Below, one piece after another: positions 36,152 to 64,000 of a stretch of DNA of 64,000 nucleotides (its first letter is position 1; every line of letters starts with the position of its first letter). The notes beneath the pieces are model-generated. The model made no database searches. It had not been told where the DNA came from and saw only the letters and a program-made list of their open reading frames with translations. Origin of the DNA: Octopus vulgaris (taxonomy: Eukaryota); the NCBI GenBank assembly GCA_951406725.2, contig OX597826.1, forward strand, positions 75,268,001 through 75,332,000. The letters are read 5' to 3'. The position numbers and the translations under genes were made by a program.

Positions 36152-37427
36152 TGTATGTATGTATGTATGTATGTATGTTTGTATGTGTATATGTATGTAT
36201 GTATGTATGTATGTTTGTATGTGTATGTATGTATGTATGTATGTATGTATGTATGTATGTATGTATGTATGTATGTATGTATGTATGTATGTATGTATGT
36301 ATGTATGTATGTATGTATGTATGTATGTATGTATGTATGTATGTATGTATGTATGTATGTATGTATGTATGCATGTATGTATGTATGTATGTATGTATGT
36401 ATGTATGTATGTATGTATGTATGTATGCATGTATGTATGTATGTATGTATGTATGTATGTATGTATGTATGTATGTATGTATGTATGTATGTATGTATGT
36501 ATGTATGTATGTATGTATGTATGTATGTATGTATGTGTATGTATGTATGTATGTATGTATGTATGTATGTATGTATGTATGTATGTATGTATGTATGTAT
36601 GTATGTATGTATGTATGTATGTATGTATGTATGTATGTATGTATGTATGTATGTATGTATGTATGTATGTATGTATGTATGTATGTATGTATGTATGTAT
36701 GTATGTATGTATGTATGTATGTATGTATGTATGTATGTATGTATGTATGTATGTATGTATGTATGTATGTATGTATGTATGTATGTATGTATGTATGTAT
36801 GTATGTATGTATGTATGTATGTATGTATGTATGTATGTATGTATGTATGTATGTATGTATGTATGTATGTATGTATGTATGTATGTATGTATGTATGTAT
36901 GTATGTATGTATGTATGTATGTATGTATGTATGTATGTATGTATGTATGTATGTATGTATGTATGTATGTATGTATGTATGTATGTATGTATGTATGTAT
37001 GTATGTTATGTATGTATGTATGTATGTATGTATGTATGTATGTATGTATGTATGCATATATGTATGTATCTATGTATGTATGTATGTATGTATGTATGTA
37101 TGTATGTATGTATGTATGTATGTATGTATGTATGTATGTATGTATGTATGTATGTATGTATGTATGTATGTATGTATGTATGTATGTATGTATGTATGTA
37201 TGTATGTATGTATGTATGTATGTATGTATGTATGTATGTATGTATGTATGTATGTATGTATGTATGTATGTATGTATGTATGTATGTATGTATGTATGTA
37301 TGTATGTATGTATGTATGTATGTATGTATGTATGTATGTATGTATGTATGTATGTATGTATGTATGTATGTATGTATGTATGTATGTATGTATGTATGTA
37401 TGTATGTATGTATGTATGTATTGTATG

Positions 37428-37459
<32 letters not shown>

Positions 37460-37475
37460 TGTATGTATGTATGTA
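36152..37475. repeat. (TATG)n microsatellite, ~1.3 kb
   Basis: Directly visible, with few interruptions. Confidence 0.98.
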
Positions 37476-38200
37476 CGAGTGTTATACAAACGTTTCTCAC
37501 TGTAGTCCAGTGACGAACAGATGTCTCTCTCTCTGTGGTGACCTCATTTGTCATTTCGTCTGCTGAAGTCTGGTGGCGATAGAAGAGTGGCAACATGTGC
37601 AGACCTAAACAGTTCGAAGTGTACGGTGAGTTACACCTTTCGTATGTCACCTGTGCTTCAAACCTGGCAGATCTGCAACAGGACTGAACATTCATCCGAC
37701 AGGTCATGGATGGGAAGTCAGAAATGCCATTGATAACGAAGAAGCACTTGACGGAGCAATCACCGCGCGTGTGTGTGTGTGTGTGGGTATATATAAACCA
37801 TCATCATCATCGCCATCATCATTTGATGTCTGTTTTCCAGAAAAACAGTAACAATAAAATTTATGCTGCCATTTTCCCATGGCTGTTTTCCTGACTTTCA
37901 CTATTCCTTTCGCGCATTCTGGACAGCGAACTACAAGCTTGGGTTTTGAATCTAACTAAATTTCCTGTAACATTATTCCTCTGCTAAAAGTTGGCTATAA
38001 ATCAACGAATGAAAGGCGGATAGAAGATTGGAACCCCCCCCCCAAAAAAAAACAACAAAACAAACTAAAATAAAGTTCCTTCCCGAATCACGTATACTCA
38101 CGGGGCCGGTTTCCATGGCGTATATATTTCCCACCTGGATGGGACGCCGGTCCATCGCGGGAATAATTCATTTTTGCCAGCTGAGTGGACTAGAGAAATG

Positions 38201-39424
38201 CGACACGGCTTCGTGCCGAAGAGATCATGCTTGACCAACTTACTGGTAATTGAAGAATTGGTGACGCGCATCCTCGATGATAGTGATGCTGTTGACATCG
38301 TTTTATTGGACTTTGCCAAAGCTTTTGACTCGGTAAACCACCGCCTATTACTTGTCAAGCTTCAAGCATATAGTTTCCATCCTGACATTGTACGATAGGT
38401 TGGTGCCTTCCTCTCAGATTGCTCCTTCCAAGTCCAAGTTAATGGTTCGCGGTCCGACGTCTCCAGTGCGAGCAGTGGCGTGCCTCAAGGTTCAGTGCTT
38501 GGGCCCTTATTGTTCTTAGTCTTCATAAATGACTTGCCCGACGACCTCACGCAACACACCCTTCTATTTGCCGATGATTTCAAACTGGTTGCTCCTCGCG
38601 GTGATATAGAGGATCTTCGTCGATGCCTCCACCAAATTTGGAGATGGTCTAACGAATGGGACCTGTGTCTGAACGTGTCAAAGTGCTGTCATCTGCCTGT
38701 TGGCTCTTCTCCTGCAACTCAACTTGATTTCGAGCCGGGTCGTCTGCTGCTGGAGAGGACCGACCAGGTAAAGGACCTGGGTATCTTGGTGGATTCTTCC
38801 TTTTCGCCTTCGGCCCAGTGCGTCCATGCTGCCAACAAAGCACGCGGAGTTCTGTTTTTGATTCGACGGTCATTCGGAATGCTCACAGTAGCCATATTCC
38901 TACCGCTCTATGTCACGCTGGTGAGACCCATATTGGAGTACCGGATTCAAGCCTCTTCTCCTTATCTCCTCAAAGACATACAGCATCTCGAAAGAGTCCA
39001 GAAGCTGGCTACCCGCATGATTCTTGGTCTCAAGCATTTGTCATATGAAGAAAGGCTGAAGACGCTCACCTTTATTCTCTAGAAAAACGACGACGCCGTG
39101 GTGATCTCATTCTTGCTCACAACATCATAAGCGGAAAGTGTAACCTCTCGAAAGAGCTGTTCTTCACTCCTGCTCCAGAGCGTCGGCTGCGGGGTCACTC
39201 CGAAAAGCTCTATCTGCGACGATTTCATCTCAATCGAAGGAGAGGGGCTTTCTCCGTCCGGGTTGCGCATCCGTGGAATAAGCTGCCGGACGAGATAGTG
39301 AAGATGCCGACGACCGCTCGGTTCAAAGTCTCCCTTGACCACAAGTGGCCTGAACTCTTTACATGAACACCACCCTGTACATAACTCCATGTCCCCCTAC
39401 ATGGCCTTGCTTTTGCTTTTTTGA
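38201..39424 (+). mobile_element. CR1-clade LINE 3' fragment, copy 1 (defective RT)
   Basis: HGF...RSCLTNLL, LDFAKAFD.V.H, GVPQGSVLGPLLF..FINDL, FADD; stop at 38396 and frameshift near 39067. Confidence 0.92.
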
Positions 39425-40077
39425 AAGTAAGGCCAATAAAACCAGTTATAGTCCTAACTAAGAGCGACATTTGGTTAGTTGGTGTCAGGAGCTCAATGTT
39501 TAAAATGCATAAGAAAATAACCGTTGATATGAAAGTATGCTTGTATGTAAGTGTGTTTCTTTAACTCTGGTTCAAGCCTATAAGGAATAAAACTGCAGTA
39601 TTTAGTACTTGTGCAATGTGACACCATTTGAAAGTGAAGTTTGTGGAAAGCAAACATAACGCGAGCTTTCATACAAATGTTTGTTGGTATGTGAAATGAA
39701 AAAAATGACATTAGTATCATACAAGGTACACGTGGTGACACATGTTTCCAACGAATGCAAAGTTGAATGCAAGGGCAAGAACTTACAGCCTGCAAAAACA
39801 GTGACTTGTATGTATTTGTATGCCTGTCAATAAGTATGCCAATGTGTGTGCAAACCCCCAAAACATCCAATATCAAAAAGAAAAAAAAAACACACACACA
39901 CACACAAGAAATAAAGGAATGCCGCTTTCTGCGTTTGTTAAACAGGTAGAGAAATATTGCAAACAGTGAAAAGTTGCAATGATTAATAACAATTTGAAAC
40001 TTAAAAGATTGTTTCAACGCCAAGGAAAATTAACGAAACGAGAAAACAAAACACAAAAAACAAAAACATTTCTCTTT

Positions 40078-41325
40078 GGCTTCGTGCCGAAGAGATCATG
40101 CTTGACCAACTTACTGGTAATTGAAGAATTGGTGACGCGCATCCTCGATGATAGTGATGCTGTTGACATCGTTTTATTGGACTTTGCCAAAGCTTTTGAC
40201 TCGGTAAACCACCGCCTATTACTTGTCAAGCTTCAAGCATATAGTTTCCATCCTGACATTGTACGATAGGTTGGTGCCTTCCTCTCAGATTGCTCCTTCC
40301 AAGTCCAAAGTTAATGGTTCGCGGTCCGACGTCTCCAGTGCGAGCAGTGGCGTGCCTCAAGGTTCAGTGTTTGGGCCCTTATTGTTCTTAGTCTTCATAA
40401 ATGACTTGCCCGACGACCTCACGCAACACACCCTTCTATTTGCCGATGATGTCAAACTGGTCGCTCCTAGCGGTGATATAGAGGATCTTCGTCGATGCCT
40501 CCACAAAATTTGGAGATGGTCTAACGAATGGGACCTGTGTCTGAACGTGTCAAAGTGCTGTCATCTGCCTGTTGGCTCTTCTCCTGCAACTCAACTTGAT
40601 TTCGAGCCGGGTCGTCTGCTGCTGGAGAGGACCGACCAGGTAAAGGACCTGGGTATCTTGGTGGATTCTTCCTTTTCGCCTTCGGCCCAGTGCGTCCATG
40701 CTGCCAACAAAGCACGCGGAGTTCTGTTTTTGATTCGACGGTCATTCGGAATGCTCACAGTAGCCATATTCCTACCGCTCTATGTCACGCTGGTGAGACC
40801 CATATTGGAGTACGGGATTCAAGCCTCTTCTCCTTATCTCCTCAAAGACATACAGCACCTCGAAAGAGTCCAGAAGCTGGCTACCCGCATGGTTCTTGGT
40901 CTCAAGCATTTGTCTTATGAAGAAAGGCTGAAGACGCTCGACCATTATTCTCTAGAAAAACGCCGCCGCCGTGGTGATCTCATTCTTGCTCACAACATCA
41001 TAAGCGGAAAGTGTAACCTCTCGAAAGAGCTGTTCTTCACTCCTGCTCCAGAGCGTCGGCTGCGGGGTCACTCCGAAAAGCTCTATCTGCGACGATTTCA
41101 TCTCAATCGAAGGAGAGGGGCTTTCTCCGTCCGGGTTGCGCATCCGTGGAATAAGCTGCCGGACGAGATAGTGAAGATGCCGACGACCGCTCGGTTCAAA
41201 GTCTCCCTTGACCACAAGTGGCCTGAACTCTTTACATGAACACCACCCTGTACATAACTCCATGTCCCCCTACATGGCCTTGCTTTTTGCTTTTTGAGCC
41301 AAAAATTAACTAACTAACTAACTAA
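40078..41325 (+). mobile_element. CR1-clade LINE 3' fragment, copy 2, with (TAAC)n tail
   Basis: Near identical to copy 1; stop at 40267; 1-nt insertion near 40308; ORF2 end at 41239. Confidence 0.92.
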
Positions 41326-41733
41326 AAAAATCTTTCCCTTATTTGCTAATATGTCACCAGTAGAAAGGCTTATTATTATTATTATCATCAAAAGCAGTGA
41401 GCTGGCAGCTTAGCGGCATTCCGTCCGGCCGCCACAGTGGATAATCTGCAACCAAAATCCCAAGGTAGACAAAATAAGCTTTGCTGTTACAGATTTTTTT
41501 CTATTTGCTTTCGCATTTTCATGAGATCGTACGGGAAAAAGTTAAGTTAAACGTGTGCTGGTATGGTTTCCTTGGTACCACGCAAACCAAAAAATTACAA
41601 CAGCGAGTAAAACCAAAATGGAGACGACAGTAGGAAATCAAATTGTACGACTTAAGACGAAAAGAAGAATATATTTTATAAATTTGATTTTACAAACTCG
41701 CCGCCTTAACTTGTTCACAATATTGTGTGTGTG

Positions 41734-41784
<51 letters not shown>

Positions 41785-42148
41785 GCATGCCCTCTCCACT
41801 CCGCTCATGCATTTTTGTTAGCCGTTGGTACAATGTTTCGAACCTCCGTTCTTTTGTAAGGGTTTCGATTTTATCCTCCTGGATTTCTAACAACCTTCCC
41901 CACCAGGCTGGTCTAATCAAAAGGCAAGTGAAATCGCCGGCGAAGTGACCATGCTACAGGTTGTACCGGATCAGGTGAAGTCCGTAGCCCTGAAAGTAGC
42001 CCTGAAAGTAGACAAGCATGCATAAATAGACACGCATGTGCTTGTCTATATGTGGCTCACACAGATATACACATAGACGGCTATGACATGCGTGCACACA
42101 CACGCATACACACAAACAAATATATACGCACACATATTGACACACAAA

Positions 42149-43139
42149 CAGTAATCTCTCGACCATCGCGAGTATTACGTTCCAAAACCACCCCCGCGAT
42201 AGGTGAAAATCCGCGAAGTAGAAACAATACCGTGCTGTATATTTTTTTCATTATTTTTATAATTTGTATTTATTTATTTTATTATAAATACAAAACAACA
42301 CCACGGAGCAATCAACGTACACAGGTGGAAATAGATTTAAGACCGATGATAAAAGTTCTATTTCTTACAAAATATTTTGTCATTAACACCATACAAATTA
42401 CCTCTATCTTTTACACCTTATACAGATCTTATTTCTCTTTCGAATGATGCAGACAATAACCGTTTTTATACAACTTGAAGAATTCTCTCTTACTCTTTAC
42501 TCTTTTACTTGTTTCAGTCATTTGAATGCGGCCATGCTGGAGCACCGCCTTTAGTCGAGCAACTCGACCTCAGGACTTATTCTTTTGTAAGCCCAGTACT
42601 TATTCTATCGGTCTCTTTTGCCGAATCGCCAAGTGACGGGGACATAAACACACCAGCATCGGTTGGCAAGCAATGATAGGGGGACAAACACAAACATACA
42701 CGCACACACACATATATATATACATATATATACATATACACGACGGGCTTCTTTCAGTTTCCGTCTACCAAATCCACTCACAAGGCTTTGGTCGGCCCGA
42801 GGCTATAGTAGAAGACACTTGCCTAAGGTGCCACGCAGTGGGACTGAACCCGGAACCATGTGGTTGGTAAACAAGCTACTTACCACACTGCCGCTCCTGC
42901 GCCTATTCTAATGCTAAATTAATCTAAACGTTTTAAATTTACCGGCAAAATTAGTTTAAGACCGTATCATTATAATTTTATGTAAAGGCGTAAAAGATAA
43001 AAATAATTTGTATGGTGTTAGTAACAAAATATTTTGTAAGAAATAGAGCTTCTATCATCGGTCTTAAATTTATTTCCGCCAGTGTAAGCTTAAATAATAA
43101 ACCGCGATTGACGAACCGCGATATAGCGAAGGATTACTG
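42149..43139. mobile_element. Tc1/mariner (pogo/Tigger-like) MITE carrying nested insertions
   Basis: TIRs cagtaatctctcgaccatcgcg / cgcgatatagcgaaggattactg, followed by TA. Confidence 0.7.
42486..42905 (-). mobile_element. Family-A SINE, full length
   Basis: Complete head and (cttttact)n tail. Confidence 0.9.
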
Positions 43140-43434
43140 TACTCACAATCACGCACGCGCATAGGTGTGCTGTGTGTTACATATTTGATTGAACCACATC
43201 AAGGCCGTTTACTGCAGCTATGGGAAGCGGTGCTACGATATACTGATGTATTCTGACAGCTGGATTGATAACGTTTACATGGTTTATTTCATTCTGGAGT
43301 AGGACATATTGGTAAATATCATTTTGTTGTCAGTGGAAGCCGGGTTCTTTTTTTGTTTTTACTTAAATGAAGAGAATCTAAAAATCTATGGTGTTGATGA
43401 AAACAAACATACTCACGGGTCACCGGATCTTTAA

Positions 43435-43436
<2 letters not shown>

Positions 43437-43502
<66 letters not shown>

Positions 43503-43587
43503 TCACGCATACATACATACATACACATTCACACATGCACATACACGCACACACACACACAAGCACAAGCACACACACACACACACA

Positions 43588-43640
<53 letters not shown>

Positions 43641-43654
43641 CAAGCACACGCATG

Positions 43655-43689
<35 letters not shown>

Positions 43690-43690
43690 A
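43437..43690. repeat. (CA)n compound microsatellite
   Basis: Directly visible. Confidence 0.95.
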
Positions 43691-43783
43691 TACGCCCCCC
43701 CCCGCGCATAATCTAATTGTTTTCTTTGACACAAACTTTTATTTATGTGATGTGATTCGGCATCATTTATGTATTGCTTTTTG

Positions 43784-43841
<58 letters not shown>

Positions 43842-43855
43842 TAATAATAATAAAT

Positions 43856-44177
43856 AGCCATGTGTTGAGAAGGATTCTGTGGGGTTTGAATAATTCACCT
43901 CTGGAAACATGGGTGTTTCATTCAACATCCTTAAACAACCCTTATTCAGGGACCTTTTGAGCGGGATGGGCTACTCAACCTGAAGAAAATTCTAACTGGG
44001 CCCCACCTGCAAGGTCATGTGCTGTTTATCTTGATATGAGATCACCATGTCGCGCACATATGGTTGTGATGCATGTGCCTAGTGTACCCTTATCAGACGG
44101 GTAGTCATGATGGGTATATTGGGCTTCGTATATTTTACCCCAGTGTCACTTTGATGGCATGCACTGCTCTCTCACTC
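43856..44177. mobile_element. Unclassified ~320-bp element embedded in (TAA)n
   Basis: Higher-GC segment with (TAA)n on both sides. Confidence 0.45.
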
Positions 44178-44404
44178 AATAATAATAATAGTAATTTCTA
44201 CTGGAAGCACATGGCCTGAAATCTGGGGGAAGGGATTTAGTCAATTACATCGACTCCAGTGCATAACTGGTACTAATTTAATCGACTTCGAAAGGATGAA
44301 AGGCAAAGTCGACCTCGGCGGAATTTGAACTCAGAACGTAGCGACGTGCGAAATACTGCTAAACATTTAGTCCAGCGTGCTAACGATTCTGCCAGCTCGC
44401 CGCC

Positions 44405-44472
<68 letters not shown>

Positions 44473-44544
44473 TTCGTCTTTGCATTTGCTTTGCAAGATT
44501 CTTGATGTGAACACCTTGATGAAACATTTTTTTATATCACAGGA

Positions 44545-44826
44545 GGATCATTACGCCAATAATAAACACACGCACCAGTTCCGTTTCACTTTATTGTTGG
44601 CCAATTTGTTACTATTTAACTAACTAATCGATTGCTTTGTTTAATCACCTGGTTAATCAATCAGTTGTTTGTCAACGGAAAGACTGACAGACACCTGGTT
44701 GGTTGATTAACTAAATGATTAAACAAGCGATCGTTTAGTTAGTTGGTTAAATTATTAAATAATTGGCGAATGATAAAGAAGTGAAAGTGAACCAGTGCGT
44801 GTGTTTTATTATTGGCGTAATGACCC
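44545..44826. mobile_element. Foldback / palindromic MITE
   Basis: Imperfect inverted repeat over the whole length (tcattacgccaataataaa...tttattattggcgtaatga). Confidence 0.75.
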
Positions 44827-45499
44827 TTTCAAGATACACCGACATAATAATAATAATGATTTTAAATTTTGGCAAAGGCTATTAATTTCAGGGGAGGGGT
44901 AAGTCGATTACAGCGACCCCAATGCTTGGCTGGTACTTATTTTATCCACCTCGAAACGACAAAAGGCAAAGTCGACCTCGGCGGAATTTTAAACCTAGAA
45001 CGTTAATGACGGACGAAATGTGTTAAGCATTTTGCCTGGCGTGTTAACGATTCTGCCAGCTTGCTGCCTTGAAATAATGATAATAATAATAATAATAATA
45101 ATAATAATCATTTCGCTATTACCTAAAAGAGCTCGAAGAGCTACAAAGATACGAAACTTTCACCAGGAGTTACAAAGGGGAAAAAAAGGAGAAAAGTGGA
45201 TTGTGAAAGACTACATACATACATACATACATACATACATACATACATACATACATACATACATACATAAATACATACGTACATACATACATACATACAT
45301 ACGTACATACATACATACATACATACATACATACATACATACATACATACATACATACATGCATACATACATACAAACAAAAATACCCTGTTGTTGATGT
45401 TGAAATTCCAATGAAGGAACCTTGAATCTAGGTTAGAAACCGGTTCTTTCTCTATTGGCAAGAAATTTTGAAATAAAACTGAATTATGACATAAATACA

Positions 45500-45870
45500 T
45501 ATATAAAAACTTCTGTCAAATGTAAGCATAACAGGCCAGATATTGTTGTTTGGGACAGAGGGGCAAAGATATGTACCATCATAGAGGTCAGCTGCTCTGT
45601 AGATATAAATATCTCTTTGAAAATCAAAGAAAAAGAGGATATCTATGGACAACTGCCTCGAAGCTTCCAGCTTCTATGTCCAGACTATGAATCCATATTC
45701 ATACCAATAATAATTGGAACACTAGGTTTTGTTAGTAAATGCTTAAAGGAGAATCTGGATAAACTAGGATTTTCAGAAAGAGAAATCGACCGGCTAATTC
45801 GTACATTACAAGTGCAATCTGTGAGTGGAACAGTAAAAATATGCAAGACTTTTCTCAAGTTCCAAATGCG
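45500..45870 (+). mobile_element. R4/Dong-like non-LTR retrotransposon, restriction-like endonuclease relic
   Basis: KHNRPDIVVWDR...CTIIEVSC..D.N...K..EK...Y..L...PIIIG.LG = PD-(D/E)xK REL domain. Confidence 0.8.
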
Positions 45871-45990
45871 AATTTGTCTGTGTTAATTACATCCGTGAGG
45901 TACTTCAAGATCGACAGATTTCCAGTTCTAAATTCTATTACCATTACAATTTGGATAGTTTAATATAAAATACAGATATAAAATACAGAT

Positions 45991-46402
45991 AGGCGCAGGA
46001 GTGGCTGTGTGGTAAGTAGCTTGCCTACCAACCACATGGTTCTGGGTTCAGTCCCACTGCGTGGCATCTTGGGCAACTGTCTTCTACTATAGCCTCGGGC
46101 CAACCAATGCCTTGTGAGTGGATTTGGTAGACGGAAACTGAAAGAAGCCTGTCGTATATATGTATGTATGTGTATGTATATGTTTGTGTGTCTGTGTTTG
46201 TCCCTCTAGCATTGCTTGACAACCGATGCTGGTGTGTTTACGTCCCCGTCACTTAGCGGTTCGGCAAAAGAGACCGATAGAATAAGTACTGGGCTTACAA
46301 AGAATAAGTCCCGGGGTAGATTTGCTCGACTAAAGTCGGTGCTCCAGCATGGCCGCAGTCAAATGACTGAAACAAGTAAAAGAGTAAAAGAGAGAGTAAG
46401 AG
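45991..46402 (+). mobile_element. Family-A SINE, full length
   Basis: Near identical to the other full copies. Confidence 0.9.
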
Positions 46403-46636
46403 TATATTTTCAAATAGTTATGAGAAAAACTATATCTTTATAATTATTGTTTACTAACCTGAATAAGAGAAGCAGTAACCCGGACAACGCCGAGTCATTT
46501 AGCTAGTTTTAAATAAACTAATCTACTTGAGTAATTTTATTAATATGGTTGCCGTTTTGTCTCTTTCAAATATTTTCTTACAGGAAAACAGAATTGGAGA
46601 TTTCGAGGCAGAATTAAGGCAAACTCTCTTTTTAAC

Positions 46637-63635
<16,999 letters not shown>

Positions 63636-63932
63636 AATAGTGATGAAAACGAAGAGGAATGACGATAAAATAGAAAAGAAAAACAAACAAAAATGAACTG
63701 TATATGCTTGAATTCCAGTTTCATAATTTTCTATGTTGGTTCTTTAAAATAAATAATTTTGAAAACAAAACCAAGTGATTTCGTGTTACTTTTGAAGCTG
63801 ATTAGAAAATATTATGCATGAAATTATTGTATTGTTTGTATTTAGAATATTTTGTTATACGCATGTTATGTTTGTGTATATATACGTTTGGGTATGTGTA
63901 TTCCCCTTTCATTCTCTCTCTCTTTCTGTGTG

Positions 63933-63975
<43 letters not shown>

Positions 63976-64000
63976 TATATACATATATATACATATATAT

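Noticed and set aside
36039-37707. Long ORFs of YVCM / HTYI repeats
   Set aside because: Stop-free translation of the (TATG)n microsatellite on both strands; not genes.
40223-41239. 338-aa RT ORF as an active or domesticated gene
   Set aside because: 5'-truncated, non-ATG start, upstream stop and frameshift; a LINE remnant.
41825-41865. Hammerhead-like gaac-ggag-guuc-GAAAC-auu-GUA on the minus strand
   Set aside because: Core reads CUUACAA and stem I does not pair; too degenerate to support.
43388-43960. HT/VC/poly-Ile ORFs here and in other microsatellites
   Set aside because: Translations of (CA)n, (TA)n and (TAA)n.

Overview
AT-rich, repeat-dense eukaryotic DNA. The microsatellite load, SINE/RTE/Penelope landscape and effector-less C2H2 arrays point to an octopus (coleoid cephalopod) genome; this is inference. 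Left half (1-34 kb): four tandem, same-strand paralogous C2H2 zinc-finger genes in ~9-10 kb units. Each unit has a conserved non-coding first exon (seen for genes 2-4), a 3-4.5 kb intron, and one exon carrying a ~400-nt leader, the whole CDS and a conserved 3' UTR. Fingers 1 and 3-5 are near-invariant across paralogues while fingers 7+ diverge. Middle: a hAT relic, a 1.3-kb (TATG)n array, two near-identical CR1-type LINE 3' fragments, MITEs and an R4/Dong-like endonuclease relic. Right half (46.6-63.6 kb): a complete 9-coding-exon SLC22-family transporter (545 aa by manual splicing, all phases consistent). The most unusual signal is a set of minimal type-I hammerhead-ribozyme-like motifs in Penelope-like remnants. 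Their catalytic 3:8 pair occurs as C3-G8, U3-A8 and G3-C8 within this one window, and three of them lie in the 5'-UTR intron of zinc-finger gene 3. Everything was read by eye; no alignment or folding software was run.
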